Of a stretch of DNA of 64,000 nt, positions 53,778 through 64,000 are shown in pieces. A program made the position numbers and the translations under genes. The DNA is taken from assembly GCA_035572415.1 (NCBI GenBank), contig DATNAU010000198.1:26-64025 (forward strand), in the 5' to 3' direction. This DNA is from Acidobacteriaceae bacterium (GTDB lineage Bacteria; Acidobacteriota; Terriglobia; Terriglobales; Acidobacteriaceae). Numbering within the stretch: the stretch's first letter is position 1; each line of letters opens with the position of its first letter. The notes beneath the pieces are model-generated. The model saw only the letters and a program-made list of their open reading frames with translations. It made no database searches and was not told the DNA's origin.

Positions 53778-55025
53778 CTATCGTTGTGCGTCTGGCACCT
53801 TTTTCATCAGATCAGGCCCGGTGCAGCTTGCATCGGCCTTCTCACTGATGGAGAGCATCGTGAATGAATCCGAATTCTGTCGCACCTGCGCGTAAATCGC
53901 GGGCAGCTTGGACTCTTGCGGCTTACCGCTGACAGGACGGATGTCCGTGAGGTCGATCTCTGTTTGGAAATGGCTTGTGCCAGATGTGCATCTACGTATC
54001 GCACCATAGTGAATCGTTGGAACGTCCTTGTTTGCGTCGTCGTAGGAAAATCTCTCATGAGCACTTTTCAGATTCTGGCCCGGATCAGCTGACCAACTGG
54101 CGGCGATAGCCCATGACTCCGCTAGCCAGCTATCAACGAAGTCTCTGACATTTCCCGCTACCGGTAGCCGTACCAATCCGCCGGTAGTCGTGCGATATCG
54201 GAAAACTCCGACGTACGTAAAGACGCCCTCCAGATCAGCTGAGCTGTCATCGAGCCGCAGCGTAACGCCTTCAGGGTACGGCTTGAGAGTTGGCGTTGTG
54301 TCTCCCCTGCTATACCCGCTGTGAGTCGATGCAAGCAGCTTCTGAGGCGAGTCGGAATCTGAGGGTTTGATGAGATCTACTTTGAACCCGCTCATCCGCG
54401 AAGTACACCATGGCGTGCCATGTGCCACGGCGACGGCGGGCTTGCCTTCAGGTCCCGGCACTCCCGCATACGGGAAAAAATCGCCAAACGCATCAGACGG
54501 CGCCGTGTACTTATCCGCATACCAATGCAACCGCTCCTTCCAATGATCGCCGTCTTTCGTGAACAGCAGGAGCAGATTGTCGTCGCCGCATTCGATGCCA
54601 AAGGTCAGCACAACAAATACCGAATCCAGAAAGCCCTTCGCATCCTCTACATGAACTGTCAGATTCGAACCATAAACCTCCGCACTGTCGTCAGCGCGCT
54701 TGGATCGATCAGTATGCAGAAACTCGGCGAGTGCCGATTGCAGAGCTGTCGGGGCGGCATCGATTTTGGCTTCACATCGAAAGAACGCCTGCGTCGCCAC
54801 ATCCAGCGTCTTGCGGAGCACCACTACATCGCCCCCCACGTCAGCCGGAGCCTCGAGTTCAAGGTCGTCTGCCTTGACCCTATGGGCTAAGAGCTTGTTC
54901 TGGATGCCCAGCGGCAGTATCGCCTCAGTCCTCACGTCGATCGGGGAACAACCGGACTGCGCATAGGAGGTGCCAGTTACGAGCACCAGAACCATCCCCA
55001 CAACAAACCAAATCTTCTTCTGCAT
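53778..55025 (-). CDS. orphan secreted protein, unknown function
   Basis: 415 aa. Signal peptide MQKKIWFVVGMVLVLVTGTSYAQSGC. By eye it uses noticeably more A/T-ending codons than its neighbours. No domain recognised. Confidence 0.65.
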   Translation of the reverse strand: MQKKIWFVVGMVLVLVTGTSYAQSGCSPIDVRTEAILPLGIQNKLLAHRVKADDLELEAPADVGGDVVVLRKTLDVATQAFFRCEAKIDAAPTALQSALAEFLHTDRSKRADDSAEVYGSNLTVHVEDAKGFLDSVFVVLTFGIECGDDNLLLLFTKDGDHWKERLHWYADKYTAPSDAFGDFFPYAGVPGPEGKPAVAVAHGTPWCTSRMSGFKVDLIKPSDSDSPQKLLASTHSGYSRGDTTPTLKPYPEGVTLRLDDSSADLEGVFTYVGVFRYRTTTGGLVRLPVAGNVRDFVDSWLAESWAIAASWSADPGQNLKSAHERFSYDDANKDVPTIHYGAIRRCTSGTSHFQTEIDLTDIRPVSGKPQESKLPAIYAQVRQNSDSFTMLSISEKADASCTGPDLMKKVPDAQR

Positions 55026-55148
55026 CCATGAACCTCGGGGCTAGCAGTTGCTCAAGATAACTGAAGCAAATCCCTTGTCAAGCCCCCAAATTACTCTAAC
55101 CTGTTCCTCATCAGCAACATATAAGTGGCATATTAGTTATGCTCCGCT

Positions 55149-55157
55149 TGGTATAAT
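55149..55157 (+). promoter_or_regulatory. extended -10-like element TGgTATAAT
   Basis: Exact TGNTATAAT at 55149-55157 in an AT-rich gap. There is no good -35 element. A terminator hairpin lies about 30 nt downstream. Confidence 0.25.
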
Positions 55158-55184
55158 GGAGGAAGTTAGAAAGCACAAACAGCA

Positions 55185-55208
55185 AGCCCGGGCGCGCGCC
55201 GGGCTTTT
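55185..55208. terminator. intrinsic-terminator-like GC hairpin (possibly bidirectional)
   Basis: AGCCCGG (55185-55191) pairs with CCGGGCT (55199-55205) around a 7-nt loop. It is followed by TTTT on the plus strand and by a T-rich run (TTGCTGTTTGTGCTTT) on the minus strand. It lies about 140 nt downstream of the pgm stop. Confidence 0.5.
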
Positions 55209-55346
55209 CCTTTGCTTTCCACAATTTAGGATGATAACTCTCTTATTTGCAGTGAGATAAACTCCTCGCCCAATGTTTTCAAGATCATAGCCCTTTAACC
55301 CTTTGTTTTCTGGATTATGCAATTTGGGATAGGGAGGGGGGTACGG

Positions 55347-56993
<1,647 letters not shown>

Positions 56994-57070
56994 GAGTATG
57001 TTGTCCTCTTTGCTTGCGATTCAGCAGTGTAGCCGATGCAGATGATTTCTGTTCGCATCGTCGATGAACC

Positions 57071-57114
57071 GTGCCCCATTCATCGCGCGGCTTCATGCGC
57101 GATGAGTGGGATCG
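57071..57114. repeat. family D hairpin (GTGCCCCATTCATCGCGCG-loop-GCGCGATGAGTGGGATCG)
   Basis: Near-identical arms to 53637-53682. Lies in the divergent pgm / trmH-family promoter region. Confidence 0.8.
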
Positions 57115-57164
57115 ATGCGACGAATCGCAGCCACCGCAGCTTACAGCGTAAGATTTTCCCTTAG

Positions 57165-58019
57165 ATGCTTTCGCCCCTCATCACCAGTCGCGCCAACCCG
57201 CGGGTCAAGCAGCTGCGCGCCGCCTTCGCCGGCAACGCCCGCCTTGCGGACGGCCTGGTCGCCATCGAAGGCGAGAACCTCATCTGCGAGGCGATCCGTA
57301 GCAACATCGCACTGCGCACCATCTTTGTCAGCGACCATGCTTCACTGCCTGATGAAGTCTCGGGCAACGTGGAGGTGATCCGCCTCGCCGACGACATCTT
57401 CGCCTCCGCCGCCGACACGCAATCACCACAGGGAATCGCTGCGCTGATCGAGCCGCCGCAGTGGCAGCTCGATGCTGCCCTCACTGAATACTCAAAGCCG
57501 CACGCGCACACAGCGCCCTTGCTGCTCATCGCCGCCGGTCTCCAGGACCCCGGCAATCTGGGCACGCTCATCCGCTCAGCGGAAGCCTTCGCCGCCGCTG
57601 CGGTCCTCACCACTGCGGGCACGGTCAGCCCGTGGAACCAGAAGGCGCTGCGCGCTTCCGCAGGCTCCGTCTTCCGCGTGCCGGTGCTGCAGACGAGCGT
57701 TGCAGAATTGAACGGGTTGAAAGCGCAGGGCATCCATCTATTGGCCGCAGTTTCGCCAGACGCTGCGGGCAAACATGCGACCATGCCAGACCTCACCAAG
57801 CCCACCGCGCTCATGATCGGCAACGAAGGCGCTGGCCTCTCGCCCGATCTCCTCGCGCTCGCCGATGCGCGCATCTCAATCCCCACGCCCGGCCCGGTCG
57901 AGAGCCTCAACGCCGCCATCGCCGGTTCGCTTCTGCTCTACGAAGCCTCGCGCCAGCGTCAAATTCAAAGCGGCAAAGACGCTGTACCTCGAACCTCGAA
58001 CCCCGAACCAAGAACCTAG
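57165..58019 (+). CDS. TrmH/SpoU-family RNA 2'-O-methyltransferase
   Basis: Motifs SRANPRVKQLR, QDPGNLGTLIRSAEAF, MIGNEGAGLS and ESLNAAIAGSLLLYE. Confidence 0.9.
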   Translation: MLSPLITSRANPRVKQLRAAFAGNARLADGLVAIEGENLICEAIRSNIALRTIFVSDHASLPDEVSGNVEVIRLADDIFASAADTQSPQGIAALIEPPQWQLDAALTEYSKPHAHTAPLLLIAAGLQDPGNLGTLIRSAEAFAAAAVLTTAGTVSPWNQKALRASAGSVFRVPVLQTSVAELNGLKAQGIHLLAAVSPDAAGKHATMPDLTKPTALMIGNEGAGLSPDLLALADARISIPTPGPVESLNAAIAGSLLLYEASRQRQIQSGKDAVPRTSNPEPRT

Positions 58020-58022
58020 CTC

Positions 58023-59372
58023 TTGTCTCTCTTCGACACATCACCGCTCTCCGCACCCGCCGCCACGAAGACAGGCGCGCCGCTCGCCGAGCGCATGAGG
58101 CCACGCACGCTGGATGAATACGTGGGCCAGGAGCACCTGCTCGCCCCCGGCAAGCCGATGCGCATCGCCATTGAGCACGACGATCCCACGTCGATGATCT
58201 TCTGGGGACCGCCCGGCACCGGCAAGACCACGCTGGCCAAGATCATCGCCGCGCTGACGAATGCCAGCTTCATTGAGTTCTCCGCCGTCCTCTCCGGCAT
58301 CAAGGAGATCAAGCAGGTGATGGCGGACGCGGAGAAGGCTGCGCGCTTCGGCTCGCGCACCATCCTCTTCGTCGATGAGATCCATCGCTTCAACAAGGCG
58401 CAGCAGGATGCCTTCCTGCCCTATGTCGAACGCGGCTCCATCAGGCTGATCGGCGCGACCACCGAAAACCCCTCATTTGAGCTGAACGCCGCGCTGCTCT
58501 CCCGCTGCCGCGTCTATACATTGCAGCCGCTTACGGAAGAGGAGGTCGTCTCGCTCCTCCATCGCGCGCTCACGGATAAAATCCGCGGGCTCGGAGCGTC
58601 CCACGTTACCGCAGACGGCGACGCGCTCGCCACCATCGCTGCCTATGCGTCCGGCGATGCTCGCAATGCGCTCAATGCGCTGGAAGTCGCGGCGAACCTC
58701 GCGCTCGCACAATCCAAATCCGAACCGCACATCACTAAAGACCTCGCCGCCGAAGCGCTCCAGCGCCGCGTGCTCCTCTATGACAAGCAGGGCGAGCAGC
58801 ACTATGACATCATCTCCGCGCTGCACAAATCCGTGCGGAACTCCGATGCTGACGCTTCGCTCTATTGGCTCGGCCGCATGTTGCAGGCCGGCGAAGATCC
58901 GATGTACGTCGCCCGCCGCGTGGTGCGAATGGCTGTCGAGGACATTGGCCTCGCCGCGCCGGAAGCCCTCAATCTTTGTCTCTCTGCGCGCGACGCCATG
59001 CACTTTCTCGGCTCACCCGAAGGCGAACTTGCCCTGGCGCAAGCAGTCGTCTACCTCGCGCTGGCGCCGAAATCGAACGCTGTCTACACCGCCTACGGCG
59101 ATGTTCTCGGCGATATTGAGCGCACTGCCGCCGAACCAGTTCCGCCGCATCTGCGCAACGCGCCGACGAAGCTGATGAAGTCGCTCGACTACGGCAAGGA
59201 TTACCAGTACGCGCACGATGTGGAAGGCAGGGTCGCCGACATGGAATGCCTGCCTCCATCGCTCGCCGGCCGCCGCTACTATCAGCCCACGCAGGAAGGC
59301 CGCGAGAAGCTGCTCGCCCAGCGCATGGATGAGATTGCGCGGATTCGAGCGAGCAAGCGCAAGCCAGAATAG
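58023..59372 (+). CDS. rarA: replication-associated recombination protein A
   Basis: Motifs LAERMRPRTLDEYVGQEHLL, FWGPPGTGKTTLA, LFVDEIHRFNK and HYDIISALHKSVR. TTG start at 58023. Confidence 0.95.
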   Translation: MSLFDTSPLSAPAATKTGAPLAERMRPRTLDEYVGQEHLLAPGKPMRIAIEHDDPTSMIFWGPPGTGKTTLAKIIAALTNASFIEFSAVLSGIKEIKQVMADAEKAARFGSRTILFVDEIHRFNKAQQDAFLPYVERGSIRLIGATTENPSFELNAALLSRCRVYTLQPLTEEEVVSLLHRALTDKIRGLGASHVTADGDALATIAAYASGDARNALNALEVAANLALAQSKSEPHITKDLAAEALQRRVLLYDKQGEQHYDIISALHKSVRNSDADASLYWLGRMLQAGEDPMYVARRVVRMAVEDIGLAAPEALNLCLSARDAMHFLGSPEGELALAQAVVYLALAPKSNAVYTAYGDVLGDIERTAAEPVPPHLRNAPTKLMKSLDYGKDYQYAHDVEGRVADMECLPPSLAGRRYYQPTQEGREKLLAQRMDEIARIRASKRKPE

Positions 59373-59415
59373 TCTGCCGCGACCCACCGTCGCTTGCTCA
59401 TCTACCGCGCGAGCA

Positions 59416-60492
59416 TCACTTGTGCACGGGATGCGACACGGGAGGGCGCGCAGGCGGGTGATGGTGGGGCGGCGGCGCATGCAGGATGATGTGGGTCCGC
59501 TCGGTCGTCATCCGCACGCGGCAGCCCAGCGGATTCAGAACGCCGGCGCACGTCCGGTCGCGCACCGAAATCCATGCGACCTGCGTAGGGTCCTCGATCA
59601 TTCGTGCCGTTGCATTGGTCACGTGGTGGGTCTGCTCCAGGTAGGAGGCCGCCTCCATATCCTTGTCCGCCGCTGCTGCGAACGCCTCGTCGCAGTGCCT
59701 CAACTGGATGCCTCCCGCCGGTGCGCAGAAATCCTCATCATGCTCCAGCAAAATCTTGTTATTCGATCCGGTGATGAAGTAGCGCGCGGTCAGAACTGGT
59801 ACTTTCTCGGCTCTCTCCCAAACACCAAGGTCCTCTACAAAGGCTGCTGGAAGCTGGCTGTACTCTAGCAGCGCCTCCTTCTTCACCTGGCGCGAGAACA
59901 CATTCAACACCGGTGTGGGTTCGCCATTGCTGGGACGGAAGGAGAAGGCTCCGATTCCGATACCCTCCTGAGTATCAATCCACAGAAAGGCCTGGCCGTA
60001 GAGATGCTGGTCCATGTGCCCGGAAAGCATCACATATCGCCCCTCACGCACTTGCACGGGCTCGGTCGAACCTTTGATCACCTCGTCCAGCGCATTGCCT
60101 AGGAACATATCCGAGCCGTAGTGATAGAGGCAGTCGGGGACAAATTCCTTCATCAGCTTGCGAAACTGCTTGTCGCGGTACAACTCGTTCGAGGTCTTGC
60201 CCGCGAATTGCGTCAGGAACGCAAGCTCGGCGGTGGGCATTGGCTTTTGGAAGAGCGCGGGATCGTAGTTGGCGCCGGGCATCTCACCGGCGATCTGGGG
60301 CTCCGCCGGGGCCCGGTCGGGCGCCTCGCGCACCACTGGCGCGGGCCCCTGCTCCTGCTTCACAGTGGGCCCACCCGCTTGGCTGCCCGCGTCCTGTGCG
60401 GCGCTGCGCAGGGCGCACACTATCGCCAAGAGGCAGATCGAAGGAAGAACAAGGAAGGACGGGGTAGCGAAGGTGCGAGGCAAGGCACGCAT
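59416..60492 (-). CDS. orphan secreted protein with His/Pro-rich C-terminal tail
   Basis: 358 aa. Signal/anchor peptide MRALPRTFATPSFLVLPSICLLAIVCALRSAAQD. Tail HAPPPHHHPPARPPVSHPVHK. No domain recognised. Confidence 0.65.
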   Translation of the reverse strand: MRALPRTFATPSFLVLPSICLLAIVCALRSAAQDAGSQAGGPTVKQEQGPAPVVREAPDRAPAEPQIAGEMPGANYDPALFQKPMPTAELAFLTQFAGKTSNELYRDKQFRKLMKEFVPDCLYHYGSDMFLGNALDEVIKGSTEPVQVREGRYVMLSGHMDQHLYGQAFLWIDTQEGIGIGAFSFRPSNGEPTPVLNVFSRQVKKEALLEYSQLPAAFVEDLGVWERAEKVPVLTARYFITGSNNKILLEHDEDFCAPAGGIQLRHCDEAFAAAADKDMEAASYLEQTHHVTNATARMIEDPTQVAWISVRDRTCAGVLNPLGCRVRMTTERTHIILHAPPPHHHPPARPPVSHPVHK

Positions 60493-60565
60493 CAGTGGCG
60501 ATCTCCTCTCCAGCCGTGGGACCCGATGGCGAAGATTCTACCGCGCGTCGACGTTACCTGAAAGC

Positions 60566-61051
60566 TTATTCAGCGGTCACTGCGAGCGTCTCGGAGAGCC
60601 GCAGCAGCAGGTCCGCAGGATGCAGCGGCTTGCTTAGCAACGTGAAGTCGTGGCCCGCGGCCCGCGATTTCTCCAGCAGGTCGCGGGTCGCCGAGTGTCC
60701 GCTGAACAGCAGCACCTTGCAATGCGGGCAGCGCTCCACCAGAGCCATCGCCAGCTCGGTGCCGTCCATGCCTGGATCCATCATCACGTCCGACAGCAGC
60801 AGGTCCGGCGTTGCGGCAGATGCCAACTCCAGCGCCTGGGCAGCGTTGTATGCCGTCATGGTGGCGAACCCATTTTTTGAAAGAATAATCGACAGCGTAT
60901 CTGCGATCACGCGCTCGTCGTCTACGACCAGCGCCAGCGGCTTCTGCCTGTCCATCTCCGGAATGTAACGGCCGGATGGAACCTCGTCCAGCGGAATAAC
61001 CTGGAATCGCGGCGAAGCAGATGCAGTTTCGAACCGGGAGAAGTTGGACAT
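60566..61051 (-). CDS. single-domain (receiver-only) response regulator, paralogue of 2844-3308
   Basis: Motifs LALVVDDERVIADTLSIILSKNGF, LLLSDVMMDPGMDG, LLFSGH and SKPLHP. GAGGTGA Shine-Dalgarno sequence upstream of the ATG at 61051. Confidence 0.85.
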   Translation of the reverse strand: MSNFSRFETASASPRFQVIPLDEVPSGRYIPEMDRQKPLALVVDDERVIADTLSIILSKNGFATMTAYNAAQALELASAATPDLLLSDVMMDPGMDGTELAMALVERCPHCKVLLFSGHSATRDLLEKSRAAGHDFTLLSKPLHPADLLLRLSETLAVTAE

Positions 61052-61255
61052 CGTATCACCTCACTTGTCCCCACCCTAGTCCCATTTGTGCGATACGGGT
61101 TAACTCGTTCTCAGTCGGCAAAAATCTTTACGTTCGCCGCGAGCGGCCCGTCGATACTGGCCATCCTCACTCGCAGTTGAGCCGCCCCTTAGCTGTGCAC
61201 GAGCCGCAGAATAAAAAGCATTCAGGGTAAAACATTGTTTGACGATACAACACTT

Positions 61256-61281
61256 CCTGATATTGTTACGTCAATATCAGG
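61256..61281. promoter_or_regulatory. perfect 9-bp inverted repeat CCTGATATT-N8-AATATCAGG (candidate operator) in a divergent intergenic region
   Basis: Read directly: 61256-61264 and 61273-61281 are exact reverse complements. The spacer GTTACGTC contains a TTACGTCA motif that recurs as TAACGTCA at 61283-61290. Confidence 0.4.
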
Positions 61282-61337
61282 ATAACGTCACGGTAGCACC
61301 ACATTAAACGGAAGGTCAAGCACGGAGATAGACTGTT

Positions 61338-61625
61338 ATGGACGGACTCGGAGACGACCCAATCGCCGGAAAGTTCAAATCTATCCTGCAAGCAGATGTG
61401 CCCAAAGGCCGCGACGGGAAACACCGGATCATCATCGATCAATTGCTTGAGAGCATTGCCTCACTCAAGGAAGGCTCGGCGCTGAAGGTTCCCCTGGCGG
61501 ACCTTCCCGATACCAAGGAAAACATCCGCTCGGCCCTGAGCCGCGCGACAAGACAGCGTGGTATCGAAATCGCGACCTCCAGCGATCACGATCATCTCTA
61601 CATCTGGAAGCCGCAGGTGGAGTAG
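61338..61625 (+). CDS. hypothetical small protein
   Basis: 95 aa. GGAGA lies 9 nt upstream of the ATG. The sequence is non-repetitive and protein-like (KHRIIIDQLLESIASLKEGSALKVPLADLPDTKENIRSALSRATRQRGIEI). No family recognised. Confidence 0.45.
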   Translation: MDGLGDDPIAGKFKSILQADVPKGRDGKHRIIIDQLLESIASLKEGSALKVPLADLPDTKENIRSALSRATRQRGIEIATSSDHDHLYIWKPQVE

Positions 61626-61652
61626 ATCAGGCCAGCGAGCGGTTCCGTCATC

Positions 61653-62246
61653 TCATCGCGATCGGGTGGACGGCGTTTGCCGGCGCATTCCGAACAGTAA
61701 CAGTCCGCCGATACCCGACGCCACCATCAGGAGGCTCATCGGCTCGGGCGTCGGTCCTGGGATCCCTGTTTGGACTTCGGGAACCGGCATGGCCGGCGGC
61801 GGCAAAAACGATCCCAGGGGCGGCAGCGGCACCACCTCGGCTACCTCGGTCGGCAGCGTGGGAAAGCTGGTCTCGGTCTCCATCGTCGGCGGCAGCAGCG
61901 CCGGCGGAGGATCGATGCGCGCAGTGTCGAAGAATATCTTTTGCGCGACAGGAAGCGTCGGAACCTCGCAGGCAAACTCCACCTTCTTTACCTGCTCCTC
62001 GCGCGTCATCACGTACTTCGGCCGGTGCAGTGCCGGGTTTGGCTTCCAGTGGGGATGCTCGATGCGCCACGCTGCCCATGCATCGGCGGTCGCCTGGCTT
62101 ACCCGGTTGCGGACCGGCTTCGTCACATAGGTGCGGACAAACTTTTCGCAGGTCGCCGAGGCATGCACTGCCACTACCCCAGCCGTTGCCGGCAGGAGGA
62201 TGAAGAGGAAAGCGGCGAGTTGGAGGCGAATCCTGGTGATGCGCAT
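61653..62246 (-). CDS. PEP-CTERM-anchored secreted protein
   Basis: Signal peptide MRITRIRLQLAAFLFILLPATAGVVAVHA. C-terminal sorting signal PTPEPMSLLMVASGIGGLLLFGMRRQ. Confidence 0.75.
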   Translation of the reverse strand: MRITRIRLQLAAFLFILLPATAGVVAVHASATCEKFVRTYVTKPVRNRVSQATADAWAAWRIEHPHWKPNPALHRPKYVMTREEQVKKVEFACEVPTLPVAQKIFFDTARIDPPPALLPPTMETETSFPTLPTEVAEVVPLPPLGSFLPPPAMPVPEVQTGIPGPTPEPMSLLMVASGIGGLLLFGMRRQTPSTRSR

Positions 62247-62688
62247 TTCGAAATCTCCCTCGATCTACGCGGCCCGCGCGTCGATGGGAACGCCCACCGC
62301 CTGTTTGGACGGATGGGGGATGATCCATGCGCCAGGTCCGGGCGCAAAGTCGGCTTGCAGACGAAAGGGAAGGGTTAGGGTGACGTAGGTAACTTACGCG
62401 CACCCAGCGACCGGAGCTCAATCACTCCTATCGGCGGGGTTCAAAGCGCATGACTCGGTGAACCCCATTCTTCCAGCGACCTCGCGTTACGTCAATTGGA
62501 AAACACAACAGCACAGGGCTTTCCTTGACGGAGCGCGTGACCCTATCGCCTACCGGACGTCCATTATGGCCGCCTGTCCAGCTAGGTTATCGGGCGCGCT
62601 GCCCCGCAGAAATACCACCTTCGGTCCAAAATTGTCGAACGAAAGTAATCGCCCCAGCGGCAAATGCTCCCGAATCCCAGCGGGACGC

Positions 62689-63987
62689 CTACCTCGTATC
62701 CCGTTCGATCGCGTTCAGCACGATGCTTTTGCTCAACGCTTCCGGCAGCACGTCCGGCGCGCTGCCCTGGGCCGCCGGATAGATGACATACGTCGGCACA
62801 CTATCCCGCCCCAGCGATTCGAGCTTCTGCTCGATCACTGGCCCATAATCGGTCCAGTCGGCCTTCATCGTCACGAAGTTGCCCTTGCGCAGAGCAGCTT
62901 CCACCTCGGCCGTCTTCAGGGCGATACGTTCATTCACCTCGCAACTCAGGCACCATGCCGCCGTGAAATCGATGAACACGGGCCGCCCAGCCGCGTGCGC
63001 CGCCTGCAGCGCCGGCTCCGAGTACGGCTGCCACTGGACATCGAGATTCCCGGCGTAGTTCGCCGAACCAGTCGCGGAACTCCCAGTTGCCACGCTCGCT
63101 GCGCTGCTTGCCGCCTGCGCTGCGATCTTTTTCTGCTGCGACAACGGAATCGCCAGCCCCGCCGCGATCAGCACTACTGCCGCAATCGTGCTGCCCCATT
63201 TCGCCGGCCAGCGGCCCAGCGCCCAACCCGCAATCGCCGCCACCAGGAAGCACCCCAGCAACAGCGCAATCTGCGTCACGCCGCCTTCGCCGCCCGCGCG
63301 TGCCGTCTCGATTTGCCCATAGACCCACGCCAGCAGGAGCGCCGTCACGAAGAAGATGACCGCCGCGGTCTGCTTCAGGACCTCCATCCACGCGCCGGGT
63401 TTTGGCAGCAGCTTCGCCCAGCCCGGCTGCCAGCTCAGCAGCAGATACGGCGCGGCCAGTCCCAACGCCAGGGCCGTAAACACCGCAAAGGAAATCAGCG
63501 CCGACTGCGCCAGCGCGAAGCCGATCGCCGCACCCATAAATGGCGCCGCGCATGGCGTCGCCACTACCACCGCCAGCACTCCAGTAAAGAAGCTGCCGGA
63601 ATAACCCTGCTTCTCCGCCAGTTCGCCGCCGGCTGAGGTCAGCGACAACCCAATGTCGAACTGCCCCGCCAGGGAGAGTGCGAGAAAGAAAATCGCCGTT
63701 GAGAGAATCGCGAGAAACACCGGCGACTGCAACTGGAATCCCCATCCCGCACGGATGCCTGTCGCACGCACTGCGAGCAGAGCCGCCACAATCGCCCAGA
63801 AGGACACCAGAATCCCCAGCGCATAGACCAGCCCGTGCCGCAGCGCGTGGTTTCTGCGCTCGCCCCCCGCATTCGCGGTCTGCACCAGCGAGAGCGCCTT
63901 CAGGAACAGCACGGGAAACACGCATGGCATCAGGTTCAGGATCATGCCACCCACAAATGCCAGCCCAATCGCGCCCCACGCCGTCAT
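62689..63987 (-). CDS. dsbD: thiol:disulfide interchange protein DsbD-type (CcdA-like TM core + C-terminal thioredoxin domain; no N-terminal alpha domain)
   Basis: The TM core carries LMPCVFPVL and ATPCAAPFMGAA. The C-terminal Trx domain has FTAAWCLSCEVNE. The protein starts directly with TM1. Confidence 0.9.
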   Translation of the reverse strand: MTAWGAIGLAFVGGMILNLMPCVFPVLFLKALSLVQTANAGGERRNHALRHGLVYALGILVSFWAIVAALLAVRATGIRAGWGFQLQSPVFLAILSTAIFFLALSLAGQFDIGLSLTSAGGELAEKQGYSGSFFTGVLAVVVATPCAAPFMGAAIGFALAQSALISFAVFTALALGLAAPYLLLSWQPGWAKLLPKPGAWMEVLKQTAAVIFFVTALLLAWVYGQIETARAGGEGGVTQIALLLGCFLVAAIAGWALGRWPAKWGSTIAAVVLIAAGLAIPLSQQKKIAAQAASSAASVATGSSATGSANYAGNLDVQWQPYSEPALQAAHAAGRPVFIDFTAAWCLSCEVNERIALKTAEVEAALRKGNFVTMKADWTDYGPVIEQKLESLGRDSVPTYVIYPAAQGSAPDVLPEALSKSIVLNAIERDTR

Positions 63988-64000
63988 TGTCGTTCCTTTC

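Noticed and set aside
55137-55322. 61-codon minus-strand ORF downstream of pgm
   Set aside because: It has only a TTG start and no ribosome-binding site, and its C-terminal third is the translation of the terminator hairpin. It is mentioned in a finding but not called as a CDS.

Overview
High-GC bacterial chromosomal window with about 60 protein-coding genes. I recognised no rRNA, tRNA, CRISPR array, transposase, integrase or phage genes. PEP-CTERM proteins, a fused bcsA-bcsB, flgK-flgL, many secreted TPR or orphan proteins and several families of short GC-rich hairpin repeats suggest an Acidobacteriota (Acidobacteriaceae-like) genome. That assignment is inference from memory, not a search result.

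Gene order, left to right:
- flgK (partial) and flgL; a PAS histidine kinase plus a receiver-only regulator; murQ.
- A class-A beta-lactamase-like hydrolase with lepB; tpiA-pgk.
- A ChlI/MoxR-like AAA+ ATPase plus a 208-aa MqnC/MqnE-like protein that lacks the radical-SAM core.
- A processive GT2 glycan synthase; zapB-like and zapA.
- A cellulose-synthase cluster: bcsQ-like with a long N-terminal extension, fused bcsA-bcsB with PilZ, and a TPR-only bcsC-like gene.
- Hydrolases and peptidases; a 748-aa secreted protein; an orphan Flp pilin; a TPR protein and secreted helical proteins; a PEP-CTERM protein.
- A SET-domain protein; an M1 aminopeptidase that may be split; dnaX-ybaB-recR; a purple-acid-phosphatase-like esterase; gpmI.
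- A CYTH protein; tsaC/sua5; YoaK; a PASTA protein; dienelactone hydrolase; a peroxiredoxin-like protein; pgi.
- An IclR/PcaR-like regulator; a small PBP-like protein with a porin; SRPBCC; a CADD/PqqC-like protein.
- A LamG protein flanked by two dense hairpin-repeat arrays; an AT-richer orphan secreted-protein gene; pgm.
- A TrmH-family methyltransferase; rarA; an orphan secreted protein; a second receiver-only regulator; a small ORF with a PEP-CTERM protein; dsbD.

I found no recognisable defence system, biosynthetic gene cluster or canonical mobile element, and I cannot point to a clearly novel system with confidence. The items most worth a second look are:
- the atypical Bcs-type cluster next to a second processive glycan synthase;
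- the AAA+ ATPase paired with a radical-SAM-core-less MqnE-like gene;
- the repeat-bracketed LamG gene and the adjacent AT-rich orphan locus;
- the small module at 61-62.7 kb, bracketed by an identical 11-mer and carrying a perfect inverted repeat.

All calls come from reading the ORF translations and the DNA by eye. Many start codons are uncertain. No GC%, HMM or BLAST computation was run.
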